Assembly: GCF_000195855.1 (NCBI RefSeq)
Contig: NC_002677.1
Coordinates: 540,001-572,000, forward strand
Origin: Mycobacterium leprae TN
GTDB taxonomy: Bacteria > Actinomycetota > Actinomycetes > Mycobacteriales > Mycobacteriaceae
Length of the DNA stretch: 32,000 nt
Reading direction: 5' to 3'
Shown here: positions 1 through 10,192 of the stretch, piece by piece
Layout of the letters: each line of letters starts with the position of its first letter
Position numbering within the stretch: the stretch's first letter is position 1
Translations under genes and position numbers: made by a program
The notes under the pieces: model-generated
The model's input: only the letters and a program-made list of their open reading frames with translations
What the model was told of the DNA's origin: nothing
Databases searched by the model: none

Positions 1-186
1 AACTCGGCTTTTCCGAGTTGTCGTTCCCCAAAACTGTCTTTCATGGCGACACCCTGTATGCGGAGACGGTATGTACCAGCGAAGAGCCGGCCCAGTTCGG
101 GTGTCGTCACCTTTGAACGCACCGCGCGCAACCAGCACGATAACGTCGTTGTGCAGGCGATGCGCATGACTCTCGCACAGAGGTGA
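1..186 (+). pseudogene. 3' remnant of a MaoC-like (R)-specific enoyl-CoA hydratase/dehydratase (Rv2499c-like), frameshifted
   Basis: Translation gives FHGDTLYAET... in one frame, then VVTFERTARNQHDNVVVQAMRMTLAQR* in another. This is a hot-dog/MaoC C-terminal pattern. It lies directly upstream of citE, as in M. tuberculosis. Confidence 0.5.
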
Positions 187-203
187 TTGGCGCAGGAGTC
201 TAG

Positions 204-822
204 ATGAACTTGCGCAGTGCCGGTCCGGGATGGCTATTCTGCCCGGCCGATCGACCTGAGGGTTTCGCCGAGGCTGCTGCTGCCGGTTTGGTTATCCTGG
301 ACCTCGAGGATGGCGTGGCACAGGCTGAGAAAGCCGCCGCCCGCAAAGCACTGCGGGATACTCTGCTCAACCCCGAGCTCACGGTAGTGCGGATCAACGC
401 CGACGGTGGGTATTAGCAGGCCTGCGACCTGGACGCCCTGGCCGGTACGGCTTACTCGAGAGTGATGCCTGGCTAAAGCTGAATTGGCGACACAGGTGGG
501 GCCGCATTCGCGCCGCGCTACGTTATCGCTCTGGTCGAGACTGCGCGGGATGTTATGCTAGTCGCTGAAATCGCTGCTAATGGCGCCGTCGGGATGATAT
601 GGGGTGCCGAGGGTTTCATCGCCACTTGAGTAGCAGCTCCAGCCAGTGGGCCGACAGCGGCTATCAGGATGTGGACCGCCATGTCAGGTTCACGGTCTTC
701 CTTGCGGCCTCCGCATTCGACCGGATCGCGCTCGACGCCGTGCCGTTTGGACATCCACGACATTGACGGCCTGCTGGCGGAAATCAACCGACTCCGTGGC
801 GGGTGGGTTTCGGAGTTCTTCG
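204..822 (+). pseudogene. citE: citE (citryl-CoA lyase beta-subunit-like, HpcH/HpaI family) pseudogene, 3'-truncated
   Basis: ORF 204-416 (MNLRSAGPGWLFCPADRPEGF...VILDLEDGVAQAEK...VVRINA) matches the CitE N-terminus (Rv2498c-like). Homology continues through stops and frame changes (YVIALVETAR, GMIWGAEG, LDIHDIDGL). About 70 C-terminal codons are missing. Confidence 0.8.
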
Positions 823-1478
823 ATGCTTATTACTCTCGACCCAGAACCGGTGCAACTCGTCTGTCCAGATAAGATGCTGACGGTGAGATGTCGACGGCCG
901 AATGTTGCTACAACGTCGGATCTTCCCGCCGAGACTATCGTGGCCTCTACGAGCTGATGGTGGTTACCCGAGGGCTCGACACCGAGTTCGTCAACCTGAA
1001 GCGCCAGGTAAGTTGGCGCTGTTCGCGTTTTGTCGTGGTCAGGCAGTTGCGCAGGTAGGCGTTGCGGCCTGCCTCGCAAGAAATACTGGCTGTTTCCCAG
1101 TGCTGTCAGTTGTATGTCTATACTCGTGTGCGGTATACATGCACGGGCATGCTAGCGCAGCATGCCGCGCAACCTGGTATAGCCGGATGGAATTCACCAA
1201 GAAACATTGTGTTCCGATGTCGATTTCGATCTGTACTCAAACTCTGCATACGGTCGGGGCGGCGATGGCTGCATAACGGCTAGGCGAGGACTCTGTGACG
1301 GTGGTCTGCCTTGGCGGCGGTACCACCAGCGTAGGCGATGTGCACGAGGCTCTGAACTTCGCGGAGGTTTTCTAAGCAACGGATTTCGACATCGACGAAG
1401 TGTTCACCACAGTGAACGCGTGAAATCACGCCGGGACTTCAGGAGTAGCGACAACAGCTGCCAAGTCGAACTGGACTG
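823..1478 (+). pseudogene. pdhA: Branched-chain keto-acid/pyruvate dehydrogenase E1 alpha pseudogene with a large internal deletion
   Basis: Recognisable segments are MLITLDPEPVQLVCPD, LYELMVVTRGLDTEFVNLKRQ, CRGQAVAQVG, PMSISICTQTLHTVGAAMAA and GDVHEALNFAEVF. The sequence then jumps directly to DFDIDEVFTTV near 1372-1382. That skips roughly 160 codons expected from Rv2497c-type proteins. Several frameshifts are present. Confidence 0.8.
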
Positions 1479-1489
1479 AGTGAAGTATA

Positions 1490-2538
1490 CGGGCATGGCT
1501 TCGACGCTGATCCTCCGGCAAGTTCGAGTGAAGCGCTCACGGTGGCAGTAGATGCTGCTGCACTCGGTGCACAGCCAATGACCATGGTAGCTGCGCTCAA
1601 TCGTGCACTGCATGATGTAATGACAGCCGACAACTGGGTGTGCTGTTAGGCGAAGACGTCTCCACCGCGGATGGAGTATTCCGGGGTACCGGGGATTGGC
1701 CGAAACATATTCGGCGAGAAGCGCTGCTTATACACATCGTTTGCCGAGTCAGCGCTGATCGGCATCGCCATCGGACTCACGCTGCGTGGCTTTGACCCGG
1801 TTCCTGAAATCCAGTTCGACGGCTTTTCTTACCCAGTCTTCGATAGGTGGTCAGCCTTCTAGCGAAGTACTGGACCCGTACTCGCAGTGAAGGTGAATAT
1901 GCGGGTCACGGGCCGGATTCCGTCGTTTGGCGTCATCGGTGCAGCCAAACATCGCTCGGACTTTACTGCAATCTATTGGGTGCACACCGCGGTCCTGAAA
2001 GTACTGTTTTCGTCGTCACCCTCTGATGCCTATTGGCTGCTGCGGACACGCGATCGACTGTCCAGACCCTGTGATGTAATTAGAGAACAAACTCCGCTGC
2101 TAGGGTCGCGGAATGGTCAACACCAGCAGGTCAGAACCCTCGATCGGTCAGTTGATGGTGCCCCGGTCCGGCACCGACGTAACCGTCATAACTTATGGAA
2201 GCCGAGTTCAGTACCGTGATATCTCTTGTGTAAGAGACTTAGCAGCAACGTGGTTGGAGTGTCGAAATTATCGATCTCTTGTGACTGACCTCGGTGGATT
2301 TCGATACTATCGCCGCTTCCATCCATCGGGCCGGGTGATGCACGAAGGGCCGCTAAGCCTGGGCTACGGCGCCGGTTTGGCCGCACGCATCTAGTAAGCT
2401 ATGTTTTACGAGCTGCAGGTTCCGGTGTTACTCGCCTGCGATTTTGGCACTCCCTACCCGGCGGCTTCGTTGGAGAGGTGGCTACCGGGTTCCGACCAGC
2501 TGCTGGATTGTGTCGGGCGTGAGTTGGAGCAGTCGTGA
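1490..2538 (+). pseudogene. pdhB: E1 beta subunit pseudogene
   Basis: Segments MTMVAALNRALHDVMTADN, FAESALIGIAIGLTLRGFDPVPEIQFDGFSYPVFD, RIPSFGVIGAAKHRSD, SDAYWLLR and MHEGPLSLGYGAGLAARI are collinear with Rv2496c-type E1 beta. They are broken by multiple stops and frameshifts. Confidence 0.8.
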
Positions 2539-3730
2539 TCGCAACTTTGTTCACCAGCGCGTCAAGCTTTTTCGTGTACACGACCTTGGCTAGGTACTGG
2601 GAGAAGTGACTGTGATGTTTGGAACGTCGATGTCGGCGACTACGTGGAGCTTAACCAGATCCTGTGCACTGTGGGTATTGTGAAGGTTCAGGTTGAAATC
2701 CCCGGTCTTTACGCTGTCCGGATCGTTGTACAGGGCCAGCTTCGAAGGAGATGTACCCAAGGTGGGCGTGGTGTTGGTCCGGATCGACATTGCACCGTCG
2801 AACAAGGCGGCGCGGTCCGCGTCGCTCAATGGTGAGGCCGCGGTACCCGCCCTGGTCGGCTATGGTGTTGGCGCGGACATCGATATCAGACGGCGATCAA
2901 GTCGGCCCCACCCGTGCTTAAGCTCGACAAGCTATCTGTCGGTCGGTTTCGCTTCACTGTAGCGCGGCGCAGGCGAGGGGATCACTCGCGCGGACGTGCT
3001 GGTGGCTGCTTCATGCGTCGGTACCGGTGTTCGACCGGTGCTCGGGGTGCGCTAAGATGGTGGAGAAGATGGCGCTGTCCCCACAAGGAAATCCTGGAAG
3101 CAAAAGTCAGTGTTGAAGCTTATGGCACCGAACTCCTGAGGCTGGGCGATCGGTTTCGTTAGCTCGCGTAGGGGACTGACTACGAGGTCACTCCCATTCG
3201 TGCTGACGCAGCTGCTGCGTGTTATTTCCTGTGATCCACAACGCAATTCTTAGCTCTACCTGGTTCGACTCGCCGGATGGGCCATACGTCTACATCCACC
3301 GTGGTGTGCATCTGGGATTCGGTCTCCTGTAAAGCCTGGCTGCTTGCCCAGCCGTACTTGGTCGCCAGCGTGCTACTGGTACCGGTTATTATTGACGCCC
3401 AAATTAAAAATAACCCGCGAACTTGCTTACCGTACAACTGAGTTTATCGCTGGTGCGCGCGCAGTCACTCTGACGCCTTCGGAGCTGTGAGGCTTGACTT
3501 TCATCGTGTTGAACTCTGGGTAGTTGGGCTTGGACGACAGTGTAGCAATGATCAAACATCACGAAGCGGCCATTCTGGGGATCGGAGTAATTAAGCCGCT
3601 TCTGGTGTCCGTAGGAAATGTGCTGGTGGTGTGTACGATCAGTGACTCTGACATGCGTGTTCGATTGGCCAATGGCGCCCAGATGGCGCAATTTCATTTG
3701 CAAGCTAAGCGACCCGATCCAGTAGTCTGA
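2535..3730 (+). pseudogene. pdhC: Dihydrolipoamide acyltransferase E2 pseudogene
   Basis: The lipoyl-domain remnant ([28 protein letters not shown]), the linker ([13 protein letters not shown]) and the catalytic C-terminus (IKHHEAAILGIGVIKP...ANGAQMAQF) are collinear with Rv2495c. They lie in different frames. The putative GTG start overlaps the pdhB stop (GTGA). Confidence 0.8.
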
Positions 3731-4163
3731 GACCGCGCTATTAGAGCTTTAAGTCGCACTTACGTCGTCCCTTCGTTTTCGTTGTCGGCGCTAAACAGAT
3801 TTTCGTTGTGCTAGAAGGTGGGTAGTTCGGTTTTTGTCGTTGTCGAAGGACGCGAGTTAATGACAGGAGTAGGCGGTTCAGGAGGATGACGTCGTTCATT
3901 GGCAGGATGCTGCCAGGTAAGTACCTTGCTGGTCTTGTATTTCAACTTTTGAGCGTAGTGGATACGATGATGGAGACTGGTACCCGTTGTGCTGGAACAG
4001 ATTCTCCCGGATGCCGACAGGGCGTGCAACGCAGTGGTGAGTGCATCATGATTGCGTTGGGCTAAGTTGTGGGGTGTCCCGTTCGATCACGTTTTGTCTG
4101 GGTGCTTGCTTTCGCCATCGCGATGATTGTCGGGCTAGGGGTGTCGCTGATAGTGCGTTGTCG

Positions 4164-5401
4164 CCGGGTGTGGGGATCGTGTTGCCTGGTCGCGGTAGTG
4201 CCGGGTGGATACCGTCGCGGGGTTGAATAAGATGGTCCCGTTGGCGCTGATGGGGGTCGCCACCGCCCGGTGAGGTTGGTGAACCAGCGTCGTACGTAGA
4301 CCCATCTCCGACGGTGGCTGTGTTGTTGTCAGTGAACGATCCGCCACCACATGAGTTTACGCAGAAGGTTCAATGTATGCTTGGCGACGGTATGTCGGAA
4401 GAGGGGTCTTGGTCTCGGATAGGTGCAATCCCATTAGTTCGAGCGCCCAAGTGATGTCTTTGCGTAGTGTTTCGATGTGGCTTTGGGATCTTTTGACCAG
4501 CACTACAAAATCGTCCGCGTAACCAACTAGGCGCCAGTTCGGCAGTCCTTTCCAGCCACGGCGTCGGCGTACTGGTCAACCTTGGTTGCCGCGGTTTCCG
4601 CGGCATATGTAGGTGCTTATCGAGTACTGCCGACGCTATGTTGGCCAGCAGCGGGACCAAGAGGCTGTCTTGCGGCGTGCTGATATGGGTGTTCTCGTAG
4701 TTCGCCGAGTTCACTGAGGATCCTGACCTTGAGGAACGACTTGACCAGCCGCAGCACCCGCTTGTCTTTGATCCGCTGGAGCACCTGGTCTATTGGGGTC
4801 GGGTGGTCTACGTGGTCAAAGTACGTCTCAAATATCTGTGTCTAACACTCATCGGTATTCCTGGGTGGCCAACAGATGGATCTCGGCGATGGCGTCGTGT
4901 GTGCGCTGGGCGGGCCGAAACCCGCAGGAAAATGGCTTGAAGTCGGTCTCGAAGATGGTTTCTAGCAACAGTTTTAGCGTCACCTGGAAGACGACATGGT
5001 CGGCCACCGTGGGAATCTCCAGCAACAGCAACTTGCCCGACCTGCTTGATTTGGGGATCTTGTGTATCCTGCACCGGTTGAGGTTGGAACTGCTCACTTT
5101 TGAGCGGTATGCGTAGCCCTCCTAGGAACATCGGTACTTCACCTTGGAGTTGATGCGGGTGTCCACAGTCAGCCCGTTCGATCTTGCTGTTGTACGGGCA
5201 CTCGGGTTGGTTGCTACCCGATCAATGCCACCACCAAGGTGACTGGGTCGGAGACGGAATTGAACAGATCATCGAACCGGTGGCCGGGATCGGCTGTCGC
5301 CCATCGGTGACGTTTGACCTGTATTTCCGATCCTTACCGCTAGGGTCCATCAGGTCCTGCTTGCACAGAGCACCACCATTCAGCGGCGCATCATCCGGCA
5401 T
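4164..5401 (-). pseudogene. Group II intron-type reverse transcriptase/maturase pseudogene
   Basis: RT blocks lie in shifting frames: FDDLFNSVSDPVTLVVAL, IHKIPKSSRSGKLLLLEIPTVADHVV, FKPFSCGFRPAQRTHDAIAEIH, TPQDSLLVPLLANIA and RLVGYADDFVVLV. The YADD motif is at 4510-4521. The C-terminal part reads HTLNLLRKLMWWRIV...RWFTNLTGRW...ILFNPA...GNTIPTP. An internal deletion of about 110 codons lies near 4390-4400. Confidence 0.75.
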
Positions 5402-5951
5402 GATAACCTCCTAATGCCTTTGCGAATTCGCTGCTCCTTGATCATTAGTCGCCTTTTCCGACCTCGGACTACTATTACTACGGTGGTTTACTACGGTGGT
5501 TCTGTTCTATTCCGAACCGGTCGGTCGACGGCGCTCCTAGCCCAGCACTGTGCTGGATATGCGGCATTAAGCCGGGAACGGCGTAGTTCTCGTGTTCACG
5601 TGTTGATCGCTTGACGAAGTAGGCACCCAATTTTGCCCCTAGGACATCGCCTGGCGACAACCAGCAGCACGTCACCACGGTCTTCTAATCAACGAGGACA
5701 AATCTACGAGGAATGCCCTACGACCTTAAGGCAAGTAGGTGCGCATCGCCTCCGACTCCTATCCGCTCAGATTTGAGCCGAAACACCATCATAGGGGATA
5801 GGGACATATTAACGCCGGCTTCTTCCGTATGTCTTTCCGTTTCGCTCACCGGACCCGACCCATCTGGGGTACTAAAATGTTCCAGCTTTGCCAGGGCCGC
5901 CTGCCGCTCTCCCCGATATCTTCCCGGACCAGGCTGCCCTCAGTGTCGCAG
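4164..5951 (-). mobile_element. Decayed group II intron (5' ribozyme leader plus intron-encoded RT; 3' domains apparently deleted)
   Basis: A roughly 550-nt non-coding leader (5402-5951, minus strand) begins CTGCGACACTGAGGGCAGCC. This is close to the canonical GUGCG...GAUAGGG intron 5' end. The leader also contains GGAAAGACATACGGAAGAAG, similar to a conserved domain I element as I recall it from Ll.LtrB. AGGAGG lies 5-6 nt before the RT ATG at 5401, a DIVa-like arrangement. Confidence 0.6.
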
Positions 5952-6684
5952 TACTGCTGCGACAAAACTACCGTGCAGGTCTTTTACCTCCAGTCGACCA
6001 ACAAACACTTCACGACACACATACGCATCGGTATAGCTGCCATCTGGGTTAAGGCAGTCAGCGGCGAGTGATTGGCCAGCATGGCCAGCTGGTCTGGACG
6101 AAACTTGGTGGTCAGAGCTGCCACTGTGTCTCGGATTGCTAGTGAGTTTCGATGTCAACAGAACTGGGCGGCCGGCAAAAGAAGTTGCTGATCACCTGCA
6201 TGTGGTCGGTATCGATGCACTTGTCGCTTTGGGCCGTGGCGGTAGCGGTCAACAGCGGTGGTAACGGTTGACCGGTCAATGTGTGCCGTTCACCGAGATC
6301 GGCAGCCTCGGCCACCCGCCGGTTGGCCCCGTCGCCAGTGATGTGCAGTCGGCTCGCCAACGCTGTGGGCAGTATGCCGCCCAAGCTTTTCGGAGTCGGA
6401 CTGCTCCGCGATCTGATTGATTCAACTCACGTTCAACGGTAGTTAGCTGGCGGCATGCCGTTGAGTACGAGTTGCAACAGGGCCAACCGTCCCCGCGTGA
6501 TCAATGCGTCAAGCCAGAGCTCTGTCAGCCGCGATATCGTGCCATCAAGCATAGCAAAGCCGCTGCCATTGCCTCCCGATTAAGAACGTCGCAACCTACA
6601 CCGCTAAACTAGCTCAGTACACCGACCGAAAACCCGCTTCTAAGCTATTGAAAACGCTGTGAAAAAAGTGATTAAAGTCTGGTG

Positions 6685-7250
6685 TTATCTGTGTTGTGCT
6701 ACGGCTAATCGCGCGACGAATTCCGGCGATTGGACCAATTTCACCTGCGATCCAAGTTTTAAGCGCTTAGCAGTTCGTTTTGTTCGTTGTTGAACGCCGC
6801 ACCGACGGTATAGTTGGCCGTGCTTAGCGCCAAACCTGGGCCCACGGTGGATTCGATATCGAAATGCATGTCGCAGAACAAAGCCGCCTGAGTGACCTAA
6901 GATCCCACCATAAGGTGCAAGCATCTAGCTTGCACCTTATGGTGGGATGCAGTCCCCGTTTCTGGAATGGGATGTTGAACAGCGCGGCTGGCTTCGTGAT
7001 GCGTACGTCGGCGGCCAGTGCCAGGTTCACAGGTCTGCCGCCGACGGCTGCGCCATTGACAGTGACGATGGTGGGCAGCAGACTGCAATTGCCGACCGCC
7101 ATGAAGCCGTAGTAGAGCCACAGCAGTCCGGGTGCGATCCTCGGCGATCAATCCCAGCGCCTAGGGCGCTGAGTTCGCACTTACCGGACGCCACCGCCAC
7201 TACTCTGGTCGGCACTGCTTTGCATCACTGCCGACGAATACCTCTTCTCG
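6685..7250 (-). pseudogene. Enoyl-CoA hydratase (crotonase family) pseudogene, truncated at both ends
   Basis: Crotonase blocks [58 protein letters not shown] and [12 protein letters not shown] are present, interrupted by frameshifts and by the 47-nt palindrome. Confidence 0.65.
6902..6948. repeat. Perfect palindrome: 21-nt arms, 5-nt spacer
   Basis: atcccaccataaggtgcaagc (6902-6922), atcta, gcttgcaccttatggtgggat (6928-6948). The arms are exact reverse complements. Both-strand ORFs consequently share HHKVQA...LHLMVG. Confidence 0.95.
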
Positions 7251-7254
7251 TATT

Positions 7255-7975
7255 TAGGTTGGCGGCTGTCGTCACCCGACAGCAAGTCAGCACGACGACA
7301 TTCTCGACATCATGTTGTACAGTGCCGATCCCAGCACCGGCGAGCAACTCGACACTGATAATGTTGTTAACCAGATCCTCACGCTGTTAGTCAGCGGCAG
7401 CCAAACATTGGCCAACGCCATCGCGTTCGCCTTGCACTATCTCCTCTCCATCCACCACGACATCGCCGCCCAAACCCGCCGCGAAATCTACCAAAACCGG
7501 TCAGATCGTGGTATCGCCAACGTATCGTATTGTTCGGCGATGTCGTTAAACTGCGATGCTTACGTCGTGTCGTCGACGCAACTTTGCGGCTGTGGTCTGG
7601 TGGTGCCCTGCTACTTGCGCCAGGCTCGCCGTGACACCACTCTCGGAAACGGCACATCTCTTTTCCACAAAGGCCAATGGGTGATCGTCCTGTTAACCGC
7701 GCCGATGCCTGGGGGCCCGATGCTAACGAATTCAACCCCGACCGAGTCTTGCCGGAAATTTGCAGGAAGCTGCCCCGTATACCTATAAATCCTCTTTGGG
7801 ACCGGGCTCCGCACCTGCATCGGTCGCCGATTCGCCCTCCACGAAATGGCGTTGGAGTTGACGATGATCGTGCATCAATACATACTATCTAGAGCCGACC
7901 CGGGTACTGCCTATCGATCTCCGAGGCGTTCACACTTAAAACCGTCGGTCTGCACGGCTACACAGCCGGTAATGT
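7255..7975 (+). pseudogene. Cytochrome P450 pseudogene, C-terminal half only
   Basis: Segments are DILDIMLYSADPSTGEQLDTDNVVNQILTLLVSGSQTLANAIAFALHYLL (I-helix region), WGPDANEFNPDR, and the heme-binding loop FGTGLRTCIGRRFALHEMALELTMIVHQY in a shifted frame. The N-terminal ~250 codons are absent. Confidence 0.75.
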
Positions 7976-8129
7976 CTGTCATAGTGCCGCTATGCAGGCC
8001 TGGTACGTATCTAGCGTGGGCTGCTGTTATTTCGGTCTAGAGTGTCACGTAGTTAGGGTGAAGGGGCGGCCGATAACAGCACAGCAGACATCGGTCTCAG
8101 CAGCCAGTTGGTACAAGCCGAAAGGAACA

Positions 8130-8640
8130 ATGGAACAAAAGGTATTTCGAATCGTGACCGACAGAGATTCTCTTTGCCAAAATGTATATGTATATGTGGG
8201 AACGGGGCCTGACTCGATGTTTGCCGCCGCCGCAAAATGCGGAGAACACGTAATTATGAGATAGGTAATAGGCTTAGGTCGTTCGTGGCAGCGGTTGCGG
8301 TGTTACAAGAGCAGTGCTTAGGTTCTTCGGTGATGTGGATGGCCGAGGCAGCCGCGCCGTATCGGCAATGGCCGGATTCCCTTGCTGGGAAATCTATCGG
8401 ACCGCCGCAAAGGCTTACCGCCTTGTGGAAGCGTATGGCAATGCGTGTGAGATGGTGGTTCTCCCCCGGACGCGATTGCCTGGAACTGTGTTCAGTGAGA
8501 AGCGCTAATCGCCGGGGAACGATTCGGGAAAACCTTCGGTGATCGCGGCAGTTGAGGACTAAGACCAGTAGTTCTGCCCCTGGAACGTCAAGGCGATGGA
8601 GGCTTATGCTGCTGCGGTTACGGATAGGTTGTTGTAGATG
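8130..8640 (+). pseudogene. PPE-family N-terminal domain pseudogene (3' extent unclear)
   Basis: An ATG at 8130 follows AAAGGAA. The remnants GTGPDSMFAAAAKCG, WMAEAAAPY, TAAKAYRLVEAYGNA...VVLP and RWRLMLL/AMAGYAAAV-like sequence are collinear with the conserved PPE domain. Many stops are present. Confidence 0.55.
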
Positions 8641-9095
8641 ACTCCGTGACAGGAGCGGCTGAATATCACTAACAAGGCCGGGGTGGTCCCCGGAGGTGTC
8701 GCGGTCCGCTGCTGCTTTTATTTGCCAATGTCACCATGGCACTTCGCCGAGGTCCGAACCATGCTCCAATTCCGGAGTCACGTTGATATCACTAGGCCGT
8801 GATAATGTATCCACTGTTTGACGCTGATGCTTGCCGTGTTTCGTTCTGGTCAAGAATCCGACTGTTTTGGGTGTTGATGTGCTCGGCGGCCGTTTCGCTA
8901 GTTGTTGCTAAGTGACGGTGGGCTGACGCGATGATTTGGTTTCATCCAGCATGATCCGGAGGGATCGAATGCTTCGATCCGGGTTCTTTGCATGCTGAAG
9001 GATTTCGTACGTGCTCTACTTGCAGAGTCGAAAAATGGTGCTAGCGCAAGGGGAGTCTGTCCGCTAGTTTTCCATGTATACGTGCTCTTTCAGCA

Positions 9096-9310
9096 TTACG
9101 TAGTTGTGGCCAGTGGAAGATGAGTTCGAGCGTTGTAAACGTAGCGTTTCGTACTGATCGGTGTAAAGACCATGACGCGTTTTATAGGGTGGTCCGGGTT
9201 CCTCGTGTTATTTCCCATGATGACCAATCGAGTGTGCCGAACAGGGCAGTTTTGTAAGCGCTTAAGCCATCTCTGCAGTATCCTGTCTACCGCTTCTGCC
9301 AATCCGACAC
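9096..9310 (-). pseudogene. Possible pdxT (glutaminase subunit) 5' remnant
   Basis: RIGRSGRQDTAEMA*AL resembles the PdxT N-terminus (R[IV]GVLALQGDTREHLxAL). LVIMGNNT resembles LVIPGGEST. The position downstream of tesB2 matches the M. tuberculosis order. The match is weak, with shortened spacing. Confidence 0.3.
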
Positions 9311-9332
9311 GGTTCGAGCATAGTAGTCAGCT

Positions 9333-10149
9333 TCAGCTAGCGTGTTTGCAGCAAAATATAAGCCGGTTTCGGTCAAAGGTCTTGTCCTGGGTTAACGCGG
9401 GGCCGGCTTGCGGCTGAAGTGACGTCTGGTTGTAAAGTCGCCATTCGTCCGCACGGAACGGTTGTATGAACCATAGCTCGTGATCCAGTAACACCCACCT
9501 GAAGAATGTCGTACTCACCCGGATGGATCGATTACGCTGTGCCCAGCAACGTCAGATCGCTCATGTAGGCCAGTGTGCGGATGTGCCAGCACCGGATTGT
9601 CGGACAGCGGGTCGCGATGGCGGAACTACACCTGCTGCTGGGCTACCTTGCCCCGGTCTAGGCTCGAAGAGCTTAAGCAGTACTTTGCGCAGGTCTCATT
9701 CCTGAAACTGCTTAATGATCTCGTCGTCAGACGCCTTCATGCTGCTGGCTTCGGGATTTTCCTTGGAGTCCGGCTGCCGGAGATATCTCGTCCTGGTGGA
9801 CGATGCCCTTTTAGCCTTCTGAAGCGACGTCGACATGTGGCAAGCAAGCAAGATAGTCTGGCTGCACTGCGCTGACGTAGCGGGTGCAAAAGGAACCGCC
9901 GTCGCGGGACATGCTTGACCAGAAAGACGGTGGGCACGCATAAGATCTCCCGGCAACAGAAAAGGGCCGTGCAGCCAGTGCATACTGGTACCCGCATCGT
10001 CGACCGTACGCACCACCGACCCTAGCGATTGCCCCGCTTACCTGGCCGCTAAAGGCATGGTTCCGGTTTTCCGATGTTAAACTAGCTAAGCTAGCATGGA
10101 AAATGTTGACCTCGAGCTGCTCCAGATCAAAGATTTCCTTGATTGCCAC
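9333..10149 (-). pseudogene. tesB2: Acyl-CoA thioesterase II pseudogene
   Basis: Segments VAIKEIFDLEQLEVNIF, FSGQVSG, RDGGSFCTRYVSAVQ and C-terminal LLDHELWFIQPFRADEWRLYNQTS are collinear with TesB/Rv2605c. They are split over several frames with stops. Confidence 0.75.
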
Positions 10150-10192
10150 GCTATCGGTCGTCTGCTTTTCGCTCAAGCGCTCATCACCGTTT

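Larger units (their letters stand above)
3735..6569 (-). pseudogene. DUF222/HNH-endonuclease (REP13E12-type) pseudogene, split by a retroelement and 3'-truncated
   Basis: The N-terminal half runs 6569 to about 5955: an ATG at 6569 preceded by GGGAGG, then [52 protein letters not shown] and LAADCLNPDGSYTD. Homology resumes at about 4100-3735 (QRNHDALTTALHAL, ENLFQHNG, GSILPMNDVI, FDNDKNR). The HNH C-terminus is absent. Confidence 0.65.

Noticed and set aside
5478-5503. Tandem duplication ctacggtggtt(ta)ctacggtggtt
   Set aside because: There are only two 11-nt units, inside the intron leader just upstream of the RT start. This is most simply a slippage duplication in dead sequence and is not reported as a separate repeat family.
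8678-8693. GC hairpin ccggggtggtccccgg, and a nearby repeated atatcacta..ggccg motif (8663 and 8783), as a possible small RNA or repeat element
   Set aside because: These are very short, lie inside the decayed PPE-downstream region, and have no U-tract or flanking conservation that I can see. They are compatible with chance.
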